Source: Azolla caroliniana (taxonomy: Eukaryota; Plantae; Polypodiophyta). Taken from it: a stretch of DNA of 64,000 nt. The stretch spans positions 4,030,001 through 4,094,000 of the forward strand of contig JBHGNT010000022.1 of the NCBI GenBank assembly GCA_043228905.1, in the 5' to 3' direction. The notes below the pieces were generated by a model. That model saw only the letters and a program-made list of their open reading frames with translations. It was not told the DNA's origin and did not search any database. This document shows, piece by piece, positions 1 to 11,787 of this stretch (its first letter is position 1; every line of letters begins with the position of its first letter). A program made the position numbers and the translations under genes.

Positions 1-1446
1 GAGAGCTCAACACAAAATGGTTCGGAGGAGCTCGACCTAGAAGCGCTAATATGGGAGGCATGCGAGCTTGTGAAGGCAAAAATCGAAGCCAAAGAAGGGC
101 TTATTATGGAGTCGGGTCGGAGGCAATCGGAGGATGCGGAGGAAGAAGCCTCCCTAAATGTAGAAGACGGGGGCCAGGAGAGCGTACGACGGCGACATGG
201 GAGAGGGTGCGGAACAAGCGACCCTCTTGCCTTGCGATGAAGGGACGGCCATGGAGGCCGGTAACTACGGATTCGAGACATGGCGGCCGGAAACATCGAG
301 TGGGGAAGAGAGAAGCGGTGGTGCTAAGACCTTACACACACCGGCCCTAGAGGCTCTGGCGGTCGGCCCGAGTGCCGGCATGAGACCTAGAGTGACGAGC
401 GGTGGAGGCGGCAAGGCGGGCAACCGAGACGATGACATGGAAGAGACGGCGACAAGCGTAATCGAGGCTTGCGCGATCGGAGGCAGGGTAGCCGCGGACA
501 ACGACATCTAGATGGAGGCGGCTACGGACACAACGAGCGGCGGTGCTGGGTCCTTACCCACACCGGTCCTAGAGGCTACGGAGGCCGGCCCGAGTGCCGG
601 TGTGAGTCCTAGAGCGACGGGCGATAGCGGCGGCAAGGCGGGAAACCAAGACGACGACGAGGATTGTAGCGGACGGAGGCAAGACCCCTCGACACCGGGG
701 CCAGAGACTACGGCGGTTGCGCTCAAATGCCAACATAAGACCGGAGAGAAGGGCAGTAGCCGTGAGGAGGCGTGGCCCGGAGCGAACACATACGAAGATG
801 AGGATGCAGATGCCGGAACGGGCATATACAAGAGGACCGATGGAGAGGTCAGGAGTGGCAAAGAGGAGAGAGTCGGGGACCGACCCGACCGGAAGAAGAG
901 TGAAGCGGGGGTCGGTCAACCGGGCCCAAACCGAAAGAAGCCGGCAAGACCGGGATTGTTTGATCGACTCCTTACCGGCCGGTTACGGTTACGATGGGAG
1001 CCGGTGAGAGCGAGAAGGAGGCTAACCGGGCACGACGAGTACGGATCGGTGAGAGGCCGAGAGCAAGAGGGACCCTCCCCGCCTATTCTAGAGACTTTGG
1101 CAGTTGCGGATCAACATAAGACCGGAGAGATGGCGAGTGGTGGCGAGGAGTCGGAAGCCGGAGCTGACGAGGATACCGGAACGGGTATCCGATATGGAGT
1201 GACAAACGAGCGGGGCCAAGACGATAAGCCGGGGTCGGAAGGGGCTACGGCAACAAAGGGAAAAGAGGCCAACGCAGAGGTCGGCACTACGGTTGAAGAA
1301 GCATGTAACACGAAACATGCATTACAGCTTAAAACGGAGCATGCACTACGGCCAACAAAGGGCCAAGAAGCAAGCATGCACCCGGAAGAGCGGCAACGAG
1401 TGACCGGCAACGACAAACCGGTTGAGCCTTTGAGAGCCAAGCACGT

Positions 1447-2142
1447 TGTCGTGAAGAAAACCGTCCCTAGGCGGAAACCGAGTGTAGCGTGTGTAAACCG
1501 GCCCTTACACCCGAGCACACTTTTCGTTGTATGGTAAGTAGGTAGGTACAAGTCAGCTAAAGTGAAATCCTAGGTAGCACGCATTCAATAGGGAGAGAAT
1601 CGAGGTGTATCTCTGTCCGAAAGGACAGAGAATTAATATGATGTAACGGATGATAACGGTCTCCCTCCTTGGGCTATAAAAGAGAGGGAGAGGAATGGAA
1701 AAGGTATCGCGCGTTAGAGAGGAGGAAGTGATGCCAGACTGAGACCGAGCTCTTCTCCTCTACCACTCTCCATAGCCATTTTGCGCAGGTTTTCGGGAGG
1801 CTGACTCTGCTCCGTGGAACGCCTGTGTGCTTCCAGCAGAGTCTCCATCTCGCCCTTCTATCTGCGTGTGAGTGAGCAGGCGTCGGTGTTCGCCTCGCCA
1901 GCCTGTTAGTTGTAACCGTCTTGATATATATATATATCTATATACATACGCATTGAGGTACTCGGACTTCTATACGTCTCGTTCTGCTGTGTTGTTGGAC
2001 TGTGATTCCTGTGTGCTCCCGTGTTTGTGCGTGTGCAAGTGCGTCCGTTGCCTTTCCGTTCTCCTCCTTCTCAACTATCTCTTGGTCCAAGACCCCGGTG
2101 ATCCCGCCTTTGTTCTTCACGCACGCGCGTAATAACGCGACA
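1447..2142 (+). repeat. LTR of family B1, embedded in the B2 internal region
   Basis: TGTCGTGAAGAAAACCGTCCC...CGCGTAATAACGCGACA; homologous to the reverse complement of 15933-16629 and 22330-23036. Left flank ACGT, right flank ACCC, so no clean TSD. Confidence 0.8.
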
Positions 2143-3087
2143 ACCCGACAAGAGATGGAGCGGTGAGTTGCCGGGATCGACGGATGAACGGAGAGCAAGG
2201 GAGAATCGAGGTGCACGTAATGAGGTCACCTAAGTCCCAAAGAATGAGCATGCATTCGGAGGAGCCGCAACGATTGATCGATGATGACGGTCGGATGAAG
2301 CCTTCGAGAGGCAAGCGCAGGACGAAGGACGGTGCGACAAGACGCCAAGATCGACGGAACGAGACGAGCGCAATCGCCAAGAGAATGAAGGGTCACGTAC
2401 TGTGAAGAGGAAACGGGGCATCCTAAAGGCTGTGTGCGGCCAAGCGGGCCAGGTGGACCAAGAGGGTGTACCTCGGGGCAAAGCGGCAACATCGGAGGTT
2501 GCGGAGGACACCGAAGACAAGAGCACCGACACGGATGTCGGGGAAGCAACGTACCTTTTTGAAAGGGTACGTAGAGCGGAGCGGAGTGCGAGACGTGCGA
2601 TGTGGCTGTGTAAGGGGCGAGGGACGAGCACGAGGATGATCGACAATGAAGTTCGGCGCGCGAAAGTGCCGAGTCGAGGAAGCGGCCGAGGCAAGACAAG
2701 CATGGACGAAGAGCACACGGTGCAATATCTGACAAATAGTCGGGAAGAACGAGGATTCGGTCCAAGGTCGCGCGCGAAAAACGAAGGAAGAAAAAGAGAG
2801 GTGTGCGAAGACCGGGTCTGGCGGACCGGGCGGAGACAGTGGTTCGGCGAACTCCGTCGAGTATGGTGGATCGGATGGAGCCGACAGTTCGAGAGCATAT
2901 GACGGATATGGCGGACCGAGAGGCTACGGTGGTCCATGCGGGACGGATGGGCTTGCTTGAAGTGGAAGACAAAGTCGGGCAAAGCTGGCAAAGACGCTAA
3001 GGATTCGGTTGACTGCCATGGCCGAAAATCTCACCTCTTTCCCCTTCTTGGCATATACCGGTGGATGTGCGGTTTGGTGGGGGCGAA

Positions 3088-3883
3088 TGTTGTGAAGATT
3101 TTCGTCCATAGGGGGGAACCGGGGTGGAATGGGCAAGTCGGTGGTGTGCAACATGTGCAAACGTATACTAGGAAATAGTGTATAGAAATAAGAGGGGAAG
3201 ATTTATCCTACATTGTAAGGTCCCTCCCTCCTTGGGCTATAAAAGGTAGGGAGGGATCACTTATGAAGGGGTTGCCCATTCTGAGTTAGAAGGGTATACC
3301 ACTTAGGTCTAGGGGTTAGGTAGTATTCTTCCTCTTCATCTTATTCTTGTTCCCTTAAGGTTTGTACTTTGGGTCTTCACCCTCTTTCGTTTTAGGGTTT
3401 TGTCTTGGTTTCTTCTTCTTCTTCTTCTTCTTCTTCTTCCCCTTCGTGTTTGTTGAGGGTTTAGCCTGGCGAAGATCTTGTATGTTCTGTGAGGGTTTAC
3501 TTCAACTCGGCCTCCTATGCAAGACCCCGCTCGGCGCAATGAGCCCGTGAGCTCCCCAATGGCGACTTGACGGCAGACTGTTGTTGTGACCTAGCCTACC
3601 TCAGTTCGGCTCGGAGCCGGAGATGTAACTCACTCTTGTAATATATATATATATGTTTGGTTGTGCACATCCGCGTCTTTGGTGGTGTCGGGAGTTTCTC
3701 CCCCTTTTGTTTCTGTACATAAGAGTCGGTGTTGCGCGCAAGCTCTCTCCCTCACTCTCTCTCTCGTGTTCGGTTGCCATCCAGGCTGTGTCCGGTGTCG
3801 GTTTTCTTGGCGTCCCTCTTCTCCCTCGTCCGAGACCCTCGTGGTCCCGCCCCTTCTACACGCACGCGTGTAGCAACACGACA
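3088..3883 (+). repeat. 3' LTR, family B2
   Basis: TG...CA termini, preceded by PPT, CTATAAAA at ~3237, similar to 13962-14781. Confidence 0.85.
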
Positions 3884-5581
3884 CCGGACAATATCCCGAA
3901 TTGGATTCGGATTCGGAACAAATAGAGGAACCGGTAGTCAGAAACCAAGGACGGAAATATCCTCTCCGAAAGAGAAGAGCCCCCCGGAGATTTCCAGATG
4001 CAGAGCATGTGTTGCTAACCGATGAGGGGGAGCCGGAAAGCTTCGAAGAAGCAAAGAGAGACACCTACAACCGCAAGTGGTTGAGTGCCATGCAACATTA
4101 GATGGATTCCCTGCATGAGAACCACACATATGAACTGACGGAGTTGCCGAAATGGAAGAGAGCACTCCGGAACAAGTGGGTGTACAAGCTGAAACCGGGA
4201 GATGCCGGAAATCCACCAAGGTATAAGGCCTGAATCGTGGTGTGGTGAAGGGCTTCCAACAGAAGAAAGGAATGGACTTCGATGAGATCTTTGCCCCGGT
4301 AGTAAAGATGACATCCATCCGGATGGTATTGGGCATAACAACAAGCATGGACCTCGAGGCAGAGCACCTAGACGTCAAGACGTCATTCCTACATGGCGAC
4401 CTCGAAGAAGAAATCTACATGCATCAACCGGAAGGATTTGAGAAGAAAGGGAAGGAGCACCTCCTGTGTCGGCTGAAAAAGACATTATATGGATTGAAGC
4501 AAGCCCCCCGGCAATGGTACCACAAAACACAAGCCGATCACTACATGTTTGTGAATAAATTTGACGGAGGAGATTTCTTAATACTCCTCCTATATGTGGA
4601 TGATATGTTGATCGTCGGACGAGACCAAGTCAAGATACAGATGTTGAAGAAGGCTCTGAACCGGACCTTCTGAATGAAAGATTTGGGTTCAACAAGACAG
4701 ATAATGGGAATACACATCATCTGGGACCGGTCGAAGAAGCTATTGTGGTTGTCACAGGAGAAGTACGTGACAAAGGTACTCCAAAGGTTCAACATGTCGG
4801 AGGCGAAACTGGTCAAATCGACACTTCCAGCAAATTGCAAGTTGTCCGGAAACCAAAGCCCAAAGACAAAGGCAGAGAAGTCGGATATGACGAAGATACC
4901 ATATGCCTCTACAATCGGAAGCTTGATGCACGCGATGGTATGTACCTGGCCGGATATCAGATATGCGGTCGGAGTGGTGAGCCGGTTCATGAGCAATCCC
5001 GGAAAAGAACACTAGAACGCGGTCAAGTGGATACTCTAGTATCTGAAAGGCACCGCGAGTATGTGCCTCCGGTTCGGCTCTAGTAATCCCCAACTTGACG
5101 GATTCACGGATTCGGATATGTCGGCTGATGCGGATACTAGTCGGTCGACATCCAGATATGTCATAACTTATGCAGGGGGAGATGTCTTGTGGCAATCGAG
5201 GTTGCAGAAGACGATTGCGTTGTAAACCACGGAGGCAGAGTACATGGCAACTGTGGAAGCCAACAAGGAGATAATCTGGATGAAGGACTTCATCGGATAG
5301 CTAGGGATCCAACAAGAGGAATACCAGATCTACTATGACATTCAAAGTGCCATCCACCTTGCAAAGAACATGGCCTACCATTCCCGGACGAAACATATCC
5401 AACGGAGGTACCATTGGATCCGAGAGAGAGTAGAAGATCAAGAGTTCGTGCTAACGAAGATCCACACGGAGGAGAAGGGTCAGATATGCTGACCAAGGTG
5501 TTGACGACCGACAAGTTGAACGCGTGCTGAAAGCAGATCGGGCTAACGAGACATCCCATGCCGGAGTGAAGGGGGAGATTG
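3884..5581 (+). pseudogene. Ty1/copia pol fragment (integrase C-terminus, RT, RNase H) of outer copia A, with stops and frameshifts
   Basis: Motifs EPESFEEA, KGFQQKKGMDFDEIFAPVVKMTSIR, LDVKTSFLHG, LLLYVDDMLI. PPT GAAGGGGGAG at ~5568-5577. Colinear with 28020-29741. Confidence 0.92.
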
Positions 5582-6628
5582 TGTCAAGAATAGTACTGAG
5601 ACAGAGAAGAAATTAGTACTAAGAGAGGAATATTAGTACTAAGAGGAATAGAGGGTGTAGAACACTCGAGAGAAGGATAGAGAGTGAGTGAGAGAGTGAG
5701 TGAGAGAGTGAGAGATCGAGGGAGAGAAAATGATGATGCCGACGATATATTATGTGAGAAGAATATACAAGGAATGCTAAGAGGCTTAAGATTGGCGTTG
5801 AACCGATTTGGTTCAAAATAATGCCTTGTGCCTCCTTTTATAGTGTTCTCAAGAGTAGTCCTGAAGCTTCTAGAATGTTCCAGAGAAATCTGGAATATAC
5901 ATTAATTTTCTATAGTAAAACTTAAATAAAAATAATATCCTACGTATTACAATAGTAAAAATAATCTGGAATATGTCTCTCTAGTGGGAGGAGGAACCGA
6001 CTATCCCGAAGTTGTTGACAGTCGATGACTACGAGGAGCCGACTGATCTGACCAAGGAGTGCCGACAGTCGAAGACAGGGAAGATCCTACTGTTCGGAAA
6101 GCCGACAGTTGAAAACAGTGAGTCAATTATTTGATAGTTCAACTATTATTATTATAGCAATAATAATAATGATACGTAGTAGAGGCTACATTTGTAAATA
6201 GCCCATACAGTGTATAAGTATAAATACACTTAGGGCAAAACGTGTAGATTGTAGAACAGAAGTAGCGGGAGAGCGTGTGAGACAGAGAGAGTGAGTGTGA
6301 GCAGCGCCATAGTAGCTGTGTGCGTAACAGCAGACGTCAAGAGCCCTGCGTGGCTGATACACTCGAAGGATCGTTGTAACATTCTGTGTTGTATATCCAC
6401 TATACATAGTGAAGTTCTGTTCCCGTGGTTTTCTCCTGTTTTAGGGTTCCCACGTTAAATCTCTGTGCACCATTGTTTGTCCTTTCCTTTCTGGCATATC
6501 TGTGATTCATATTTCAGCACAGTTCATTTATTGTGATTTGACCGAACGATTTCTCAACAAGTGCAATGGTCAAGAGCTCGATCCATATAACATAAGGTTA
6601 TGGGTTCGAGACTTGCCATATCATGACA
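5582..6628 (-). repeat. 3' LTR of the chromovirus, containing a ~600-bp inserted LTR
   Basis: Matches 24104-24201 plus 31785-32109; adjacent PPT AAAGGGGGGATAG on the - strand. Confidence 0.88.
5968..6559 (+). repeat. 5'-damaged solo LTR (copia-like, related to the 53830 LTR) inside the chromovirus 3' LTR
   Basis: GGAATATGTCTCTCTAGTGGGAGG matches 53835 onward; ends ...TTCTCAACA; absent from the sister LTR at ~32040. Confidence 0.7.
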
Positions 6629-6661
6629 CTATCCCCCCTTTAAAATGACGAGTGGCACGAG

Positions 6662-9112
6662 TCATTTTAGATTATCTGGATATTGAAGATGGAAGTCTTC
6701 AAGAAGAGCACGAGCATTGGTCACATTCTCTATTGGTTCCCAAGTACGCTCGTTGGGACTATATCCTAGCCAATCCACTAAATAGTAGAGGTTGTTGCGA
6801 AAAATCTTGGAATCGAGGATGGCGGAAACCTCGTACTCAGGTCCATCTTCAAGTTCGATCGGGGGTGGAGGTTGTGGAATACGTCCTAGGATGGTGCTGT
6901 CTTGATAGGATTTGAGGAGAGAACTATGAAACACCGGATGTATGGGAAGTTGCGGGGGTAGATCGAGACAAAAAGTGACATCATTAATCTTTCCGATAAT
7001 ACGGAAAGGACCTAATTGTCGATAATCCAACTTCTCGCATGGGGAAGTAGTCTTGATGTGTCATCGTAGTAGCCCTACCCGATCTCCAATGTTAAAACTG
7101 GATGGAAGCCGATGATGATCCGTGTAAACCTTGTGTGTTTGTTGAGCTTGTTGTAGATGAGTAGATAAATCTGCTTGTATCTTCCGTAACCGCTCCAAAC
7201 GATCCTCTGCGCAAGGACTTGTGGGTAACTCTGGGGTTTCAAATACACACCACTGGGGGTGACAACCCGTATAAGCATAAAATGGCGTAACTTTAGTTGA
7301 TGAGTGGACAGAGTTATTATAGGCAAATTCGGCGAAGTGGAGAATATCCGCCCAGACATCCTGATGATAGCTTAGAAAGCACCGAAGATACTGCTCCAAC
7401 ATTTGATTTGTTCGTTCTGCTTGGCCGTCGGTTTGCGGGTGGTAGCCGGAGGAGAGGTTACAAGTGACCTTGAGCATTTTAAAAATGTGCTTCCACAATT
7501 TCGAGAGCAACTGGGGTCCACGGTCGTTGATGATATTATCAGGAAGGCCATGATGCCGACATACTTCACGCATGACAATTTCAGCGGTTTCTTCACTAAA
7601 GATTTCCTTAGTACATGGCAGGAAATGAGCCATCTTCGTATATCGATCTACTACTGTTAAAATCGCATTGAATCCCTTAGAGACTGGAAGATCTGTGATG
7701 AAATCTAGAGCAATGGATTGCCACGTCTTGCTTGGAATTGGTAATGGTTCTAATAAACCATTTGGATGATGCCTTGGCATTTTTGCTCTACAACATGTAT
7801 CACAAGTCCGAACAAAATCTTCGACAAATTGTCGCATACAGGGCCACCAGATTGATCGTTGTACTAAATCTAATGTCTTAGTACTACCAAAATGCCCAGC
7901 TATACATGTGTCACGACAGTTTTGGACTACTCAAAGGCGGCAAGAACCATTAGGAACATACAAGAGTTTCTCAAAGAATAGTAATCCATCATGACATTCG
8001 AATTGTCGATAGTCCGTACCTAGTTGTTGCGACTGTGAACAAGATGCTCAAGAGGGATCAATTTGTGCTAGAATGGCTTGGGCGAAAGCATCTTTCTTTA
8101 AGTCCTCACGTATGGTATCGATAACGTGGGAATCCAAGGGCATGCCGAAGACCTGTGTTGCTTGCAGTCGTGCCGGTTCCAAGATTACTTGCTTTTGGTT
8201 ATCGAAAGCTGGCTCGCCGGGACGCGGTGCTAGATACGAACATCATGATAATACATATGCCTTCCCTTGGTGCTTCCCCAGACGATATGTAATTTTGAAG
8301 TCGAAATGCGTGAGGAATTGGGCCCACCGAGCTTGAGGTCGATTTAACACTCTGAAAGTAGGCAAGGTTTCTATGATCACTGAATATGGTGACTTGATGA
8401 GAGGATCCCTCTAGAAAATGCCTCCATTGCGTAAAAGAGTCCACTATTGCTAATAGCTCCTTATCATGAATTTCATAGTTGATTTCGGCGGTGTCAAACT
8501 TGCGTGAGTGGAAAGCCACAGGATGTAGCTTTTCATCATTACCTTGTTGTGACAGAATGCATCCACTTCCATGATGAATGGTTTTTCCGGATCAACGTAA
8601 GCTAGAATAGGAGCCGATGTAAATGCCTTCTTAAGATTCTCAAAAGCCATGTCCACTTCTTCAGACCAAACGAACGATTGTCCCTTCTTAGTAAGTTGTG
8701 TGAGAGGCACAACAAGGTTTGAGTAATCCTGTATAAACTTGCGGTAGAAATTGGCAAAGCCTAAAAAGCATTGCACATCTCACAACGAACGCGGTGTTTG
8801 CCACTCTACCACCGTTTCGACCTTAGCTGGATCCATGGAAATGCCTTCCGAGGAGATGACATAGCCTAGAAATTCCACCTGGTTGCACCAGAAACTACAT
8901 TTTTCCAACTTTGCATAAAGACCATGTTCTCAAAGTCGTTTTAGTACTAACAGTACATGAGAATCATACTCGTCTTGGGTCTTCGAATAAACCAGTAGAT
9001 CATCCAAATAGATAATCAAACAAACATCCAAGAGATCTCGGAATATATCATTTGGCATGTGCTACAAGACTGTTGGCGCATTAGTGAGGCCGAACGGCAT
9101 GACCATATACTC
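6662..9112 (-). pseudogene. Chromovirus pol: RT C-terminal half, RNase H, integrase, chromodomain (fragmented)
   Basis: FLGFANFYRKFI; [16 protein letters not shown]; CDTCCRAK and SGYHPQTDGQAERTNQ; chromodomain EYEVSAILDSK...YLVDWLGYSPNERTWEP. Confidence 0.92.
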
Positions 9113-10651
9113 TGACAAGAACACACGCTCCCGATGAACAACGCTCGGCCACAACCGAGCTTAGAATCAAAACACAGAAAAACGGGGAATGAATGCACGA
9201 CACAATGGAGAGAAGAGAACACATGATGTTAACGTGGAAAACCCAAACTAGGGAAAAAACCACGGCAGCCCACAGACTGCAAACTATCACTATGTCAGAA
9301 TGTACAAATGGTAAAGCATCGAAGCAACGACCTCGAGCTTTCTATCTTCGCCACAGGCGGCGGTTACAACAGAGGCAACAACCTCTTCCTCTCTCTCACT
9401 CTCTCTATACACAGTTGCGCACTCTAATCTTGCGCCAACAAGAATGAAAACACATTAATAATTTCTTTGTTTGCCCTAAGTCATATTTATACTAATATGA
9501 CTTTTCGGCTATTTACAAATATAGCCCCGATGGACTCTCAGAAACATATTTACAAATATGTCCGTTCATCCGGTGAGCACTCCTCATCGGGCCTGCATCA
9601 TCCGGCTCTTGCCGGGCACTTGTCATCCGGTTCTCACCGGGTCTTCCGTAGTCGGGTACTCTTCATCCGGTTCTCACCGGGTCTTCACCATTCGACTCAT
9701 GTCGGGTACTCGTCATCCGGTTCTCACCGGGTCTTCCGTTGTCGGGTACTTCTCATCCAGTTCTCACCGGGTCTTCCGTTTGACGGGAACTCAACGCTCC
9801 CTATATGCAACGCTCGGCCACAACCGAGCTTAGGATCATACACAGAAAACGGGAAATAAAACACGACACAAAGAAGAGGAAGATACACAAGAGGTTTACG
9901 TGAAAAACCCCAAACTAAGGGAAAAAACCACGGCAGCCCACAGGCTGCAAACTGTCACTATGTAAGAATGTACAACAGTGAGTTCACTGAGGCAACGACC
10001 TCGTGCTCACAGATCTTCGCCACATGCGGCGGTTACAACAGAGGCAACGACCTCTTTCTCTCTCTCTCTCTCTCTCTGTACAATTACGCACACTCTCTAT
10101 TCTTGCACCAACAAGAAATGAACAACAACAAACACATATTTGCCCTAAGTCATATTTATACTAATATGACTTTTCGGCTATTTACAAATATAGCCTCGAT
10201 GGGCTCTCAGAAACATATTTACGAATATGTCTCTTCCTCCGGTTCTCACCGGGTCTGCGTCATCCGGCTCTCCGTAGCCGGGTACTCCTCATCTGGTTCT
10301 CACCGGGCCTACACCATCCGGCTCTCCATAGCCGGGTACTCCTCATCCGGTTCACACCGGGTCTGCACCATCCGGCTCTCCGTAGCCGGGTACTCCTCAT
10401 CCGGTTCACTCCGGGTTTGCACCATCCGGCTCTCCGTAGCCGGGTACTCCTCATCCGGTTCACATTGGGTCTGCACCATCCGGCTCACTGAAGCCGGGTA
10501 CTCCTCATCCGGTTTCGGCCGAGGCCTATCGGCCGAGACCGAGATTGTTCGTCGGCACTGTTCTTCTCCCTTCCCATCCGGAGGGACCTGTCTCCCAACA
10601 CCGTTGTCGGGTACTTCTCACTTCCCATCCGGAGAGACCTGTTTCCTAACA
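9113..10651 (-). repeat. Copia-family solo LTR inserted in the chromovirus RT (TSD TACTC)
   Basis: TGACAAG...CCTAACA; TACTC at 9108-9112 and 10652-10656; reverse-complement homolog of the 24779 LTR. Confidence 0.9.
9781..10600 (-). repeat. Second solo LTR of the same family nested in the first (TSD CCGTT)
   Basis: TGACGGGAAC...CTCCCAACA flanked by CCGTT on both sides; carries 54-bp U3 repeats. Confidence 0.9.
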
Positions 10652-11066
10652 TACTCAAAGTGCTCATATATGGTTCGAAATGCGGTCTTCCATTCATCTC
10701 CTAGTCGGATTCGTATTAGATTATATGCTCCCCGTAAGTCGATCTTCGTGAAGAACCTTGCACCATTGATCCGTTCTAAAAGACTTGAGATCAGGGGAAG
10801 TGCATACCTATTTCTGATGGTGACCTTATTCAAGCCACGGTAATCTACAATGAGACGAAGTGATCCATCCTTTTTCTTGATGAAGAAAATGGGTGTGCCA
10901 ACTGGAGATTTCGAATGCCAAATGAAACCATTTTCCAAATTCTCCTCTATATACGCTCGAAGGACTTCTAGCTCGGTTGGTGACAAATTGTAGATCGGTC
11001 CCAATGGTGGCTCTTTTCCTGTTGTAAATCGATGGGGCAATCATATGGTCGGTGGTGAAGAAGCGT
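10652..11066 (-). pseudogene. Chromovirus RT N-terminal half
   Basis: [22 protein letters not shown]; [17 protein letters not shown]; [15 protein letters not shown]. Confidence 0.92.
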
Positions 11067-11608
11067 TGTCGTGGAGAAAACCGTCCCTAGACGGAATCGA
11101 AGAATATCGGGAGAATCGGCGATGTGCACCATGTGCACTTACCCTTGTAAAAACGTGTGAATAATAGGAGTTAAGTAGGGACAGAGGATCCATGTATAAG
11201 GGATTTATCCCACATTGTAACGGATCTCCCTCCTTGTTCTATAAAAGGAAGGGAGCGCCTCTTGTGAAAGGGTTGCCCATTTTGATTCGTAAGGGTATAC
11301 CGTTTTGTGTTTTCCTTTCTAGGGTTAGCTTCATTCTTCCTTCTTCTTTGTCTTCTCCTTCTCGAGAAAACGAGTTGCAGTTATGGCGGCAAAGCTGTTA
11401 GGTTAGCTTCTCTTCTTGTGAGCGTAGCCGGCTCATGGCCGTGGTAGTATCTTTCCCCCTTTGTAGGGTTACTTCGGCTCGGCCTCCTGTGCAAGACCCC
11501 GCTCGGCGCGACAAGCCCAAGAGCTCCCCGACGGCTTGGCGGCAGGCATCTGTTGCGACCTAGCTTACCTCAGTCCGATTCGGGGCCGGAGTTGTAACTC
11601 TTCCATTG

Positions 11609-11646
<38 letters not shown>

Positions 11647-11745
11647 GGTTGTGCACATCTGTGTCTCTGGTAGTGTCGGGTGTTTCCACCCCTTTTATTT
11701 CCTGTGCATAAGAGTCGGTGTAGCGCGCACGTTCTCTCTCTCTCT

Positions 11746-11787
<42 letters not shown>

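Larger units (their letters stand above)
1..3883 (+). mobile_element. 3' part of a non-autonomous Ty3/gypsy-type LTR element (family B2); 5' LTR lies left of the window; inserted into a copia pol
   Basis: Internal region has low-complexity acidic pseudo-ORFs resembling 12600-13950 and no pol motifs. PPT-like GGTTTGGTGGGGGCGAA at ~3071-3087, then LTR 3088-3883 (TGTTGTGAAG...CACGACA), homologous to 11067-11904 and 13962-14781. Copia sequence resumes at 3884. Confidence 0.75.

Noticed and set aside
512-1537. 341-aa ORF as a host gene
   Set aside because: Low-complexity internal region of a non-autonomous LTR element; it runs into an LTR and has no recognisable domain.
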